Origin: Anolis carolinensis
Taxonomy: Eukaryota
Assembly (NCBI RefSeq): GCF_035594765.1
Contig: NC_085842.1
Location: 20,994,782 to 21,058,781 of the forward strand
Length of the DNA stretch: 64,000 bases
Reading direction: 5' to 3'
Shown: in pieces, positions 23,166 through 34,046 of the stretch
Layout: each line of letters begins with the position of its first letter
Position numbering within the stretch: position 1 is the stretch's first letter
Made by a program: the position numbers and the translations under genes
Notes under the pieces: model-generated
Seen by the model: the letters and a program-made list of their open reading frames with translations, nothing else
Told to the model about the DNA's origin: nothing
The model's database searches: none

Positions 23166-23303
23166 TTCCTATCATGGGGCAACATACACACCCTAATGCA
23201 GCTCATAAGCTACACAACTCAATGGCCATTTCCAGGTTATTAGAGGGGATCAACAGCAATTAATTCAACTACAGTTTAGGTAGTAGATACACTGTAACAA
23301 TGA

Positions 23304-23792
23304 CTGGATCTACACTACCCTATAATCCAGTTTCAATGTGGATTAACTGTATTGATCTGGATTATAGAGCAGTGTAAAGTAAAGGTAAAGGTTTTCCCCT
23401 GATGTTATGTCCAGTCGTGACCGACTCTGGGGGTTGGTGCTCATCTCCATTTCTAAGCTGAAGAGCTGGCGTTGTCCTTAGACATCTCCAGGTCATGTGG
23501 CCGGCATGACTGCATGGAGCGCCGTTACCTTCCCGCCGGAGCGGTACCTATTGATCTACTCACATTTGCATGTTTTCGAACTGCTTGGTTGGCAGGAGCT
23601 GGGGCTAACAGCGGGCGCTCATTCTGTTCCTGGGATTTGAACCTGGCACCTTTTGGTGCGCAAGTTCAGCAACTCAGCGCTTTAATGTACTGTGCCACCA
23701 GGGGCCCCTGCTATAGAGCAGTGTAGACTGATATAATTCAATGCAGTTGATCCACATTTTGAAACTGGATTATAGGGTGGTGTAGATCCAGC
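23304..23792. mobile_element. Palindromic MITE (possibly PIF/Harbinger-like) interrupted by a SINE
   Basis: CTGGATCTACACTACCCTATAATCCAGTTTC...GAAACTGGATTATAGGGTGGTGTAGATCCAG inverted arms. Relatives at about 46098-46222 and 46728-46876. Confidence 0.6.
23377..23710 (-). mobile_element. Sauria-type SINE
   Basis: Family match. TSD TATAGAGCAGTGTA. Confidence 0.9.
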
Positions 23793-23794
23793 CA

Positions 23795-24099
23795 GGGGCC
23801 ACAGTGGCACAGCGGATTAAACCACTAAGATGCAGAACTTGCTGATCAGAAGATCAGCAATTTGAATCTGTGGGATGGGGTGAGCTCCTGCTATTCCCCA
23901 GCTTCTGCCAACCTAGCAGTTTGAAAATATGCTAATATGAGTAGATCAATAGGTATTGCTCCAGCAAGAAGGTAATGACGCTCCATATGACCTAGGAGGC
24001 ATCTACGGATAATGCCGGCTCTTCGGCTTAGAAATGGAGATGAGGACCAACTCCTAGAGTCGGACTAGATTAATGTCAAGGGGAAACCTTTACCTTTAC
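23795..24099 (+). mobile_element. Sauria-type SINE
   Basis: Family match. TSD TAGATCCAGCCA. Confidence 0.88.
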
Positions 24100-24999
24100 T
24101 AGATCCAGCCAATGTCACCTGAAGGAGCGATCTGAAGGTGCCTTGCAAGGCAGATTGAGGGGAGACAGCTTATTTAGCTAAAACCTCATTGTCTCACCTG
24201 CCACACCTCTGTGCCCTGAATACATGAAAAGCAGATACAGCAATTCTCCCCATTTGCTGTTGGCTTTCCAGGGGGATCTACTGGCAAAAGATGCATGTCC
24301 AAGTTCATTACAAGGAAAGAAGATGGCTCCTACGCTGTGGAAAAGCAACCTAAACATTGGTGTAATGAAGCCAGTATTGGTTTGTGTAGCAGAGTCCAGG
24401 ACCGATAACGGAGATCTTGAAGAGGAGTGTCAGCAAACAACTCAATAGCAGATCACTGCATAATAATATTACTGATGATAAGAACAATAACAACCCACTT
24501 CATGGCTCAAGGTAGTACAACAGAGTTCAAATACATTGACAAAGGACCATACAATAAATATATTAAAAACATAGCAAAAAATGAAACTCCCGGTATTATC
24601 ATGGACAGCGTGAAGAACTTGGATGAGGGATTGCTGACAGAAGGCTCAGCAGTACACCTGGAGTAGGCAATGAATAGCACCTTTGAGTGTTTAGCAACTT
24701 TATGGACTATTTGGCTAGACCTGAGACCATTTGCATATACTCTGCCTGTATTTGGGGGTTGTGGCCTTGACAAATACAATGTAAATCTAAACTTCATTGA
24801 TTAAACTTGATTGGGTAGACCTGCCAGACGAGGTGAAGCTTTAATTTGGCCTTAAATTCAGATAGCTCATTTAGCTGTAAAAGCTCTTCCAGCAGGTCAC
24901 TCCAGTTTTGGGCTGGGTGATGAAAAGGTCCTCTAGCTCATGGTTGTCAATTGTGTTCTGGCTAGTTGGACGTCCCACAGAGGATCCGTCTTTTATGGG

Positions 25000-25545
25000 A
25001 GAAGAAATTGTAGGTAACCTGAACCCAAACCATGTAGGGCTTTAAAAGGATAACCAACACTTTGTATTTTACCTGGAAACTAATTGGTAACCAGTGGAGC
25101 AATTTTAGTGTAAGTGTAATATGTTCATTCCTAGATGCTTCCGTAATCAATCTTGCTGCCATGTCCCGAACTGGAGTTTCCTAACTTGGTACAGGGATAG
25201 CCCAATGTAAAACACATTGCAGAAGCCCAATCTTGAAATGACCAATGTGTGCACTACCATGTTTAGGTATTTTGATTTTAGGAAGGAGCTCAGTTGGTGT
25301 ATCAGCTAAAGCTGAAAACTAGCACTTCCAAGCTGCTAACACAGTCTTTGGGGAAGTGTCCAGAACAGGTTGACACACTTCCACCCCCAGGTTTGGACCC
25401 TTAAAGACAAGCACTTCTGTCTTAGCTGGATTCAGTTTCAATTTGTTTTGCCCCATCCAGCCCATTAATTACCTCCTCAGGTATTTATTCAGAGGAGACA
25501 TCCCATCCTTAGTTAAGATTGTTTTTAAAAGCATGGAGAAAAATA
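25000..25545 (-). mobile_element. Old L2 RT fragment
   Basis: AARLITEASRNEHITLTLKLLHWLPISFQVKYKVLV is a typical L2 post-RT motif. Confidence 0.75.
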
Positions 25546-25619
25546 TTTGGAAGCAACAGATTCTATTGCCAAACAGCTCTTGTCTTCAGGAAGTTTTTAA
25601 CTAACGTTTAGATGGAATC

Positions 25620-26220
25620 TCTTTTCCTGAAGTTTGAGTTACGTTGCTGCGTTGTAGTTTCTAAAACAGCAGAAAGCAAGCTGGTTCTCTCCCTCAATGT
25701 GACGTTCTTTCAAATGTTAAAGCACGGCTATCGTGTCCCCTCTTCTCCAAGCTAACATACCCAGTTCCCTATGTTACTCATCACAGGGCTTTGCTTCCAA
25801 GAAATTCACAGCTGTCAACCTTCCTAATGTTTAGGCGGAGTTTCTTTTCTTGAAGTTTGAGTCAATTGCTATGTGTTGTAGTCTCTGGAACAGTGGAAAA
25901 CAAGCTTGCTCCTTGCTACAATTGGCTATCATTTCCTTCTCAGCCGTCTCTTCTCCAAACAAAACATGCCCAGCCCCTTAAGCCACTCCTCATAGGGCTT
26001 GGCTTCCAGACTTTGGATTATTTTGCTTTCCCTTCTCTGGACACATTCCAGCTTGTCAATATTCTTCTTGAATTGTGAAGCCCAGAACAAGGCAAAGGAG
26101 TATTCCAGCTGAAGCCTGACCAAAATAAAACAAGAGTCCGATTATAACTTCCCTCAACTCCTGTTGATGAACCCTGCAATCGCATTGGGTTTTTTAGCTG
26201 CCGCATCACACTGCTGACAG
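25620..26220 (-). mobile_element. Degenerate CR1 fragments
   Basis: LVRLQLEY...FW..QFKKNIDKLECVQRR...LGMFCLEKRRLR. Confidence 0.8.
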
Positions 26221-26222
26221 GA

Positions 26223-26602
26223 CAGGCAATCCCCAAATTACAAACGACTCATAGTTAAGAAGGGGATGAGACAGCAAGAAGTGAGAGGAATTTACCCCTA
26301 CGATGGGAAATTCACTCCTGAAAGTTATGGGGAAAGTTTGTCTCCACTGAAGCTTTACCAATCCACATTTTTCACAATCTAATTACCACAGGGGAAGAAA
26401 GTGAGGTGATATATCCTGAACAGAGGCACAGAAAGCAAAAAAAATAAAATAAAAAAATCACAATGGTGTTAACCCTTCCCTACACTATCCAAAGCATGCA
26501 TGCATACACACATACATACATATATATGGCTGGAGTTGAACTGATATAAACAAATTGAACAAACCTACATAACTATTTTGTTCATACCTTGGGGGCTGCC
26601 TG
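26223..26602. mobile_element. Tigger-type MITE, apparent deletion derivative of the 28874-31302 element
   Basis: TIRs CAGGCAATCCCCAAATTAC / ...CCTTGGGGGCTGCCTG followed by TA. Interior is collinear with the reverse complement of 28874-29206. Confidence 0.75.
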
Positions 26603-26864
26603 TATAATGTTCAGGACATATTATTGTGTGAACTCTCATTAGAAGGAGCTACATTAATGGTGGATATATTACTATGGCTTATCCTGAAGGTGGAATGAAA
26701 GAAAGCTTGGATTGATAACAAATCATTCCCAGATTTCATAGAATCATAGGTTGGAAGAAATGACATGGGTTCTCCAATGTGATGCACGATTTTTCAGAAT
26801 CTCAATAACCCTTTCAATTGCCTATGTATTTATGCAGTATGGCTTCTTTGATGTGAAGCCAATT

Positions 26865-28528
26865 CTACATGAAAGGTTTCCCCATAGTCCTCGAATTTAC
26901 TTGACTTCTGCCTACGTGCATTCTTTGATGTAAAACAAGACTCTTATATGTACCGAAACATTTCCCACACACCAAACATTCAGTGGACATTCCCCTCATG
27001 TGCATTGTTTGATGTTTCTTAAGGTTTCCACTAACACTGAAGTTCTTTCCACACTCCTTGCATTTATATGGTTTCTCCCCTGTGTGTGTTCTCACATGAA
27101 TATTAAGGTGTTCACTCCGACTAAAGGTCTTTCCACACTCCATGCACTTATAGGGCTTCTCCCCTGTGTGGGTTCTCTGATGTACTGCAAGGCTTCCTTT
27201 TTCTCTGAAATCTTTTCCGCACTCCATGCACTTATATGGTTTTTCATCTGTGTGGGTTTTTAAGTGTAAAGCAAGCACTCCCGTCCTACCAAAGGCTTTT
27301 CCGCATTTCATACACTGATATGGTCTTTCCCCAGTGTGACTTCTTTCATGCCTAATGCGGCATGCATTATCGCTGAAGCTCATTTCACACCATGTACATT
27401 TATAGGGTTTCTCCCCTGTGTGGATTCTTTTGTGTAATTTTAGATGCGACTTCTGGCTGAAACTTTTTCCACACTCCACACAATGATATGGTCTCACCCC
27501 GCTGTGGATTCTTTTGTGTGTTTTAAGGTTTCCACTCATACTGAAGCTTTTCCCACATTCTATACACTTATATGGTTTCTTCCCTGTATGGGTTCTTTTA
27601 TGTACATTAAGGTGTCCACTACTGATAAAGCACTTTCCGCACTCCATACACCTATATGGTTTCTCTCCTGTATGGATTCGCTGATGTAAAGTAAGACTTT
27701 GGCTGTCGATGAAGCTCTTCCCGCATTCCAGGCATTTATATGGCTTCTCCCCATTGTGGGTTCTTTGATGCGAAGTCAGGTTCCCTTTTCCACTGAAGTT
27801 CTTTCCACATTGCATGCATTTATACGGCTTTTCCCCAGTGTGAAATCTGAGGTGTTTACTAAAGTTTCCGCTGTTGATGAAGCTCTTTCCACATTCATGG
27901 CACTTATATGGCTTCTCCCCTGTGTGTGTTCTCCGATGCACAGTAAGGTTCCCGCTTATCCTGAAGCTTTTCCCACAGTCCAAACATTGATATGGTTTCT
28001 CCCCTGTATGCATCCTTTGATGTGTAATAAGATATCCTTTCGAAGAGAAACTCCTTCCACATTCTATGCAATGGTACGGTTTTTCCCCTGTATGGATCCT
28101 CTGATGTACAGTTAGATTTCCACTCTCGTTGAAGCTCTTCCCACATTCTGCGCATTTATAAGGTCTCTCCCCTGTGTGGGTTCTTTGATGGACGCGAAAA
28201 CTTCCACGGTTACTGAAGCTCTTTCCACACTGCATGCACTGATATAGTGCCTCCTCTGTGTGGATTTTTTCATGTTTACTTAATGCTAATTGATATTTGT
28301 ATATTTTCCCACACACCTGACACTTTCTAATCCTCCTCTTTTTGTGATTAATTGAAACCCCAAGTTCATAAACATCCAAACATTTTGAGTCAGGGGATTT
28401 CCCTGTCTTCTGTGCTTTGTTTCCTTTATACCTCTTTGGTCCCATTTCAGTCTGTAAGGTCTGTTTTCTCACTCCATGCTTCCCTGCATTTGATGACACC
28501 ATAGAATTCCCATTGTCTTTGCCATCAC
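26865..28528 (-). CDS. Gene C terminal exon: 17 C2H2 zinc fingers
   Basis: Intact ORF with canonical HTGEKPY linkers. Phase-1 acceptor ctcccttgcag|GTGATGGC, TAG at 26865-26867. Confidence 0.95.
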
Positions 28529-28873
28529 CTGCAAGGGAGGAGCAGAAACAAAACATCCCGATGTTAAATAAGGCCGTTGGATTTCACCCACTGGGAGACC
28601 AAAACGTACAAGAATGAGGGTGAAAGTAAATATATGATTTTATAAATCACTTCTATAATTTAATTAACTGAAAAGGAAGGGCTCCTTTTTCTCTCTCTGA
28701 AAGCAGACAAATCTACTTGGAACTGGGAAATTAAGAAGAGGAAATGATACCTATGTGGATGAAGCCCTTCTCAAGTTATGAGAAAAATAGCCCATTATAA
28801 ATAAAAAGAAAGCGTGATGCTCTTTTCAGTAAACCCTTTCTTAGGATTAGAGAAGATGGCACTTGACATAGTA

Positions 28874-31302
28874 CAGGCAGTCTCCAGGTTACGAACAAGT
28901 TCGGTTGGTTTGTTCTTAAGTTGAATTTGTGTAAAAGTCAGAACATGTACATTTCTTAAGTGTAACTCCAGCCACCTTTTTAAATGTTTTGGAAAGCACA
29001 AGGAAGGGTTAACATCCCTGTGACATTTGTTTTGCTGTCTTTGCCCCTGTTCAAAACATTCCACCTCAGTTTCTGTTGGATTTTGAATATTTCGGGTTGT
29101 TGCGGAAACAAGGAACGGTGATAGTTTCAGTGGATACACCTTTTCCCCATGATAACCCTTACAGGAGTAAATTTCCCTTCTTAGGGGTAGATTTCCTGTT
29201 GTCTCAAGGACAGAAGGTGAGATTAAGTCTTTCTAATGAGGATACAAACAGCAAGAAAAACCGCACAGTGGCTCTACCCCCACACCATACTAACACATCC
29301 CCCATAAAATTTGCATGGAGTTCTACTTTAAATACAACTTGGACAGATGTTTGCCTTAACATAATATTTATTTATTACCTGTGCATGTAAATACTTAGAC
29401 ATTTTCAAATATGATACAGTACAACCTTAAACTATCTTGGTAGAGAATGGGACTCATATTACAGAGTCAGAGTCAGAGTCTGCTGCCGGAGTCTGTATAT
29501 TGCAGGGGGCTTGAAAGAGGGCTTGCACACAGCTTTTCTTTTTCTCGGCATAAATAGCTTTGTAGCATTTCAGGCTGTCAGTAACCGCACAGTAAGCTTT
29601 GGCAAACCTCGCTGCATCAGGGTCTTGCTCCTCTAACTTTGCCATTCCTGCTTCAATGAGACAAAAAGCATCAGCTAATTTTTTGGTAGAAAACTTTTTC
29701 AATGTTGAAGTTTCTAGGTACGGGGTTTCTTCCGCAAATGGTATCATCTGCTGCTCTAGGTCCATAAGGTTTACTTCATTGGTTCGTTCTTTGCCCGGGG
29801 AGTCGAGCAACTCTATGATATCATCTTCACTGATGCCCAGCTGCAATTCATTGCCAATTGCAACCACAGCTTGCCTGGTTTCGGCAATTTCATCATCTAT
29901 ACTCTCAAGAAATCCTTGTTTGAATTGGGGGCACAATTTCTCCCAAGCTCCTTTCATGGTTGTCTCTTTCACTTCATCCCAAGCACCAGCAATATTTTTG
30001 ATGGCATCATGAATGCTATAGTTCTTCCACAACTCCTTTAAAGTCATCTCACCCTTTTGGGCAGCTCTGACAGCCTGGGAGAATGCCCTCTGTAAATAAT
30101 GGGCCTTAAAGGAGGCTATGATACCCTGATCCACTGGCTGCAGGAGTGATGTGGTATTGGCGGGTAGAAATGCCACCTTTACATTGGGATGAACGTCGCC
30201 TGAAATGTTTCGATGTCCTGGGGAATGATGGTCAAGGAGAAGGAGAATTTTGAAAGGAATGCTTTTGCCCAAGCAATAAAGTTCAACAGCAGGGACAAAA
30301 TGGTCTAAAAACCATTCTTGAAAGACCGCAGCAGTAACCCCAGCCTTTGGATTTGCCCTCCAAATAACAGGAAGAGATGTCTTAGTGACATTCAGAAGCG
30401 CCCTCGGATTTAGAGAGTGATGCACTACCAAAGGCTTGAGCTTTAAATCTCCAGATGCATTACTCCCAAGTAATAACGTTAGCCTGTCCTTTGATGCCTG
30501 ATGACCCGGTGCACTGTTTTCCTCTTTCAAAATGTAGATCCTCTCAAGCATTTTTTTCCACAACAAGCCAGTTTCAGCTACATTAAAAATTTGGTCTGGC
30601 AAATAACCTCCATCCTTAATAACATCTTCCAATATCTTGGTGAAACCACTTGCAGCATTTACATCAACACTCGCTGCTTCGCCTTGAACTTTAATATACT
30701 GCAAATTTGCTCTTTCTTTAAAGCGACAGAACCAACCCCTGCTTGCAGCAAATTCTTCATTGCAATTGCCTACACATGCTGTTCGAGCAGCTTTTAACTC
30801 ATTGAAAAGGCTTCGAGCCTTTTCTTGCACTAAAGGAAGACTGATAGGCAGATTACGCTGATTTTGGACTTCTATCCAAACTGTCAACAGCCTTTCCATC
30901 TCGATAATTAAACCACTGCGCTGCTTGGTAATAATCGTAGCATTCATTGGGGCATGGCTTTTCACATGCTCCATTATTCTAGCTTTGTCTTTTAAAATGG
31001 TTGCAATCGTTGAACGACTGTAACCAAATGCTTTGCCAATGGATGACGGAGTTTCGCCTCTCTCTGCTCTCTTTATTATTTCTACTTTATGTCCCATGGT
31101 GATGGTTTTTCTTTTCTTGGCTGGAGTACCAGCAGTTCCATCAGATTTGTATTTCGGAGGCATTGTTGCAGGGTGAAAACAACAAGTGCGGCAGCGTTAC
31201 AATTACTGGAACACTATGCAGTACACTTTGGATGTGGTCTGGTGCCCGTTCGTAAGTACGAGTCGCACGCAAGTCGGATGTTCGTAACTCAGGGACTGCC
31301 TG
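28874..31302 (-). mobile_element. Full-length Tigger/pogo DNA transposon (2429 bp) with degenerate TIRs
   Basis: TA-CAGGCAGTCTCCAGGTTACGAACA at 28874 versus CAGGCAGTCCCTGAGTTACGAACA on the minus strand at 31302 (20/24 identical). The right TSD is altered. The TIRs enclose the transposase ORF. Confidence 0.72.
29454..31163 (-). CDS. Tigger transposase-derived protein (TIGD1-like; CENP-B-type HTH domains plus DDE_1), probably domesticated
   Basis: 569 aa without stops or frameshifts. Motifs KKRKTITMGHKVEII, FAASRGWF.RFK.R, QIFNVAETGL, KDRLTLLLGSNASGD.KLKP, LPANTTSLLQPVDQG. ATG has A at -3, and AATAAA lies about 80 nt after the stop. Confidence 0.9.
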   Translation of the reverse strand: MPPKYKSDGTAGTPAKKRKTITMGHKVEIIKRAERGETPSSIGKAFGYSRSTIATILKDKARIMEHVKSHAPMNATIITKQRSGLIIEMERLLTVWIEVQNQRNLPISLPLVQEKARSLFNELKAARTACVGNCNEEFAASRGWFCRFKERANLQYIKVQGEAASVDVNAASGFTKILEDVIKDGGYLPDQIFNVAETGLLWKKMLERIYILKEENSAPGHQASKDRLTLLLGSNASGDLKLKPLVVHHSLNPRALLNVTKTSLPVIWRANPKAGVTAAVFQEWFLDHFVPAVELYCLGKSIPFKILLLLDHHSPGHRNISGDVHPNVKVAFLPANTTSLLQPVDQGIIASFKAHYLQRAFSQAVRAAQKGEMTLKELWKNYSIHDAIKNIAGAWDEVKETTMKGAWEKLCPQFKQGFLESIDDEIAETRQAVVAIGNELQLGISEDDIIELLDSPGKERTNEVNLMDLEQQMIPFAEETPYLETSTLKKFSTKKLADAFCLIEAGMAKLEEQDPDAARFAKAYCAVTDSLKCYKAIYAEKKKSCVQALFQAPCNIQTPAADSDSDSVI

Positions 31303-32800
31303 TGCTAGGCCAGTGCTAACAATTTCCACCTGCAGAGAAATAGAAAATTGTCTTTGGCTAGCATCCTGTTAAGTACATACATAACTGTAAGTCCACATTG
31401 CACTTACATACAGTATGTCTCCCCCAACTCCCTTGGTCATTGAGGACTTTGACATCTCTTTCCTTCCTCCTTCTGCAAAGTCTAAAGCAAAGTCTAAAGC
31501 TCCAGGACTGTTGGTTGCACTGTGGTAGCCCTTCCCAGAATGGCTAATCTGTTGCTCATGGAAGAGATCAGAGAAGCGTCTGGCTGTTTCCCCTTCCCAG
31601 ACGCAAACTGATGACTCCATCCAGGAAGATTTGTTGAGGGCACTGGTGGATCTCAGTGGAATATAGCCTCTATTTCTCACCCCCCCTACTCTCCTAGGTC
31701 CTCCACGGCAACTTTAAGGGAACTTCTGGTGGAAGCGTATCATTTCAATGCCTAGAGGAGGTATAGCATTCTTAGAAAGTATGTATTTTGTTGACTTTGG
31801 GTAGATGAAAATGCAACCATCTGCAGGGACAGGGATTGTACTGCATAGCAATCATTATGATATCAGGGAAAGGTATGACTAGGATAACAGGATGGGAAAC
31901 AGAGCAATGAAAGTCATGGTCCCACTCTATTCTGCTTTGGTCAGAACTCATTTGGAATAACTCTGTGTCCAGTTCTGGACGCTACCATTCAAGAAGAATA
32001 TGGACAAGCTGAAAGTGTCCAAAGAAGGGTGATCAAAATGACCAAAAGTCTAGAAACCATGAATCTTCACAAGGAGTGGCTTAGGGAGTTGGGGCTGTTT
32101 GCCTTGGAGAAGAGAAGATTAAAAAGGGGCACGAAAGCCAACTCAGCTAGGGAGCTCTAGTGCCTTTCCAAACTACAAATCCAAAGATTCCACAGGATAA
32201 TGCCATGGCAGTTAAAGTGGAATCATGACACTACAGTTCTGTAGTGTGAAAATGGCCAAGGCCCAGTCCTAGCCACTCATCTCCAGAGCATTCTTCCTAC
32301 AGTACAGTGCTAACTTATTAATTGTAAGTATTCATTATAACTTATTTTTCCCTTCTCTCCAAATTCATTTTTTTAAATTTATGCCAGCAGTTCTTAATCT
32401 ATAGTCCATGGACCCCCAGGCACCTACAATACTATGAGCTTATTATTATTTTAAATTAGTACTAAATCATTCCAATAAAAATATTATCTCAGGACTGTGT
32501 ACATTTGCTTATTTTCCCCTTCTCTTTGAATTTGAAGCTTCATGATGAACAATTGAAATACACATTTGATGTGCTTTGGGGTTTTAAATCTTGAGTAAAG
32601 CCTTGATAGTCCAAAGGCATATTTAAAGGGTGTCCACAGCGGAGAAAAGGTTAAGAACTGCTAAATAAGACTACGATTCCTATTGTTCCATAGAACTGTG
32701 CCACGGCAGTCAAAGTGGTGTCAAGTTGCATTAATTCTACAATGCAAATGTATCCTCAGATCCCTTTGGTGCCTATTGATTAAGGAAAGAATGTTCTCAC

Positions 32801-32915
32801 CCAGAGGTGTCATACTGCCACAGTTCTTCATCATGACTCCTTATGGAAAGCCCTTTACGACCCAGGGGATTCCAATCTTCTTGGGTGAAATACAAAGTCA
32901 CCTCTTCAAAGACTC
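32801..32915 (-). pseudogene. Gene C frameshifted KRAB-A exon with intact splice sites
   Basis: VFEEVTLYFTQEDWNPLG, RAFHKE and MMKNCGSMTPL lie in three different frames. Acceptor ttcctttcag|, donor CTGG|GTGAGA. 115 nt versus 121 nt in gene B. Confidence 0.78.
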
Positions 32916-33737
32916 CTGAAAGGAAAAATAATATATATTATTTATTTATTTCTAATTTTGGACATGCTTAAAATTTTATATAAAGTGATTTTATTTTTTA
33001 ATGGTACCCGTTTTTATATGAATTGTTGTTTTGTACATTGTCTTATATGAATTGCTGTTTTTGTACATTGTTTTAAGGCATTGCATTTTTGCCTATTTAT
33101 TGTAAGCCGCCCTGAGTCCCCTCGGGGAGAAAGGCGGGGTAAAAATGATGTAAATAAATAAATATTTTGTGTCAAAAGCATTGCATAATTTATTTCGCGT
33201 CAAAAGCATTGCATAATAAATTTAAAAGTGATGAAATAGATAAACAAGTATAAAACTGATAAACTAGAGGGAACATAAGCTAAATAATTTTAGACCAAAA
33301 AAGGTCAACAGCTACCACATTGTCTGTAACTGTGCATGAGGCAGGACATTGTGGGGGAGCATACAGATGCTGAGCTGATTGTTCTGCTCCACAATTGCAC
33401 AAGGTGGAAGATTCCTCTAGGTTGTCTTGTGATCTGCCCACTCTGCTTCTGAGTCTCTTCAGGGACTTCTAAGTTGCGCATTCTTGGTTTGCCCCTGGAG
33501 GAAATCCATTTGGGATTTTCTGGTTTAGCTGCCCAGAGGGATACACTTGTTGTTGATGGAGGAAGATTAAGAGGAAGAGTAGTAGCTTTTTGTCTCTGGC
33601 AAGTTCATTTCAGTAAAGGAAGGAACTTTTGGGGCTGATGGGCAGACAATACGATACACCAGCATAATGGAAAGAAAAATAATGGCTGTTTTCCCACATT
33701 AATGGGCAATTCACAATACACAATTATAGCACTATTA

Positions 33738-34046
33738 CAGATTGAACATCCCTTAGCTAGAATTCTAGAATTCCAAAATGTCCAGATGGGTGGCTGATAA
33801 AGTGACACCTGTGGTTTCTGATGGCTCAATGTACACAAACTTTATTTCATGCTCAAAATGATTTTTAAAACACTGTATGAAATTACCTTCTGTCTAGATG
33901 CATAAGGTATGTGTGTACGTATACGTGTGTGCCATCTCCAAGAGATCTCATTGCCTACATATATGCAAATACAGGCATTCCAAAATCTGAAAAAAATCCA
34001 AAAGATTTCTGCTCGCAATCATTTCAAATAAAGCATTCTCAACCTG
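33738..34046. mobile_element. Tigger4/MER46C-like MITE
   Basis: Termini CAGATTGAACATCCC...ATTCTCAACCTG. Interior gatggctcaatgtacacaaactttatttcatgc...aaattaccttc resembles the recalled MER46C consensus. Confidence 0.65.

Noticed and set aside
31163-32915. In-frame KRAB-transposase fusion protein
   Set aside because: From the 31329 acceptor, the transposase frame contains TAG, TAA and TAA before the ATG. The phase-1 frame stops after 4 codons, and the KRAB exon is frameshifted. A fusion would need a different acceptor that I could not find.
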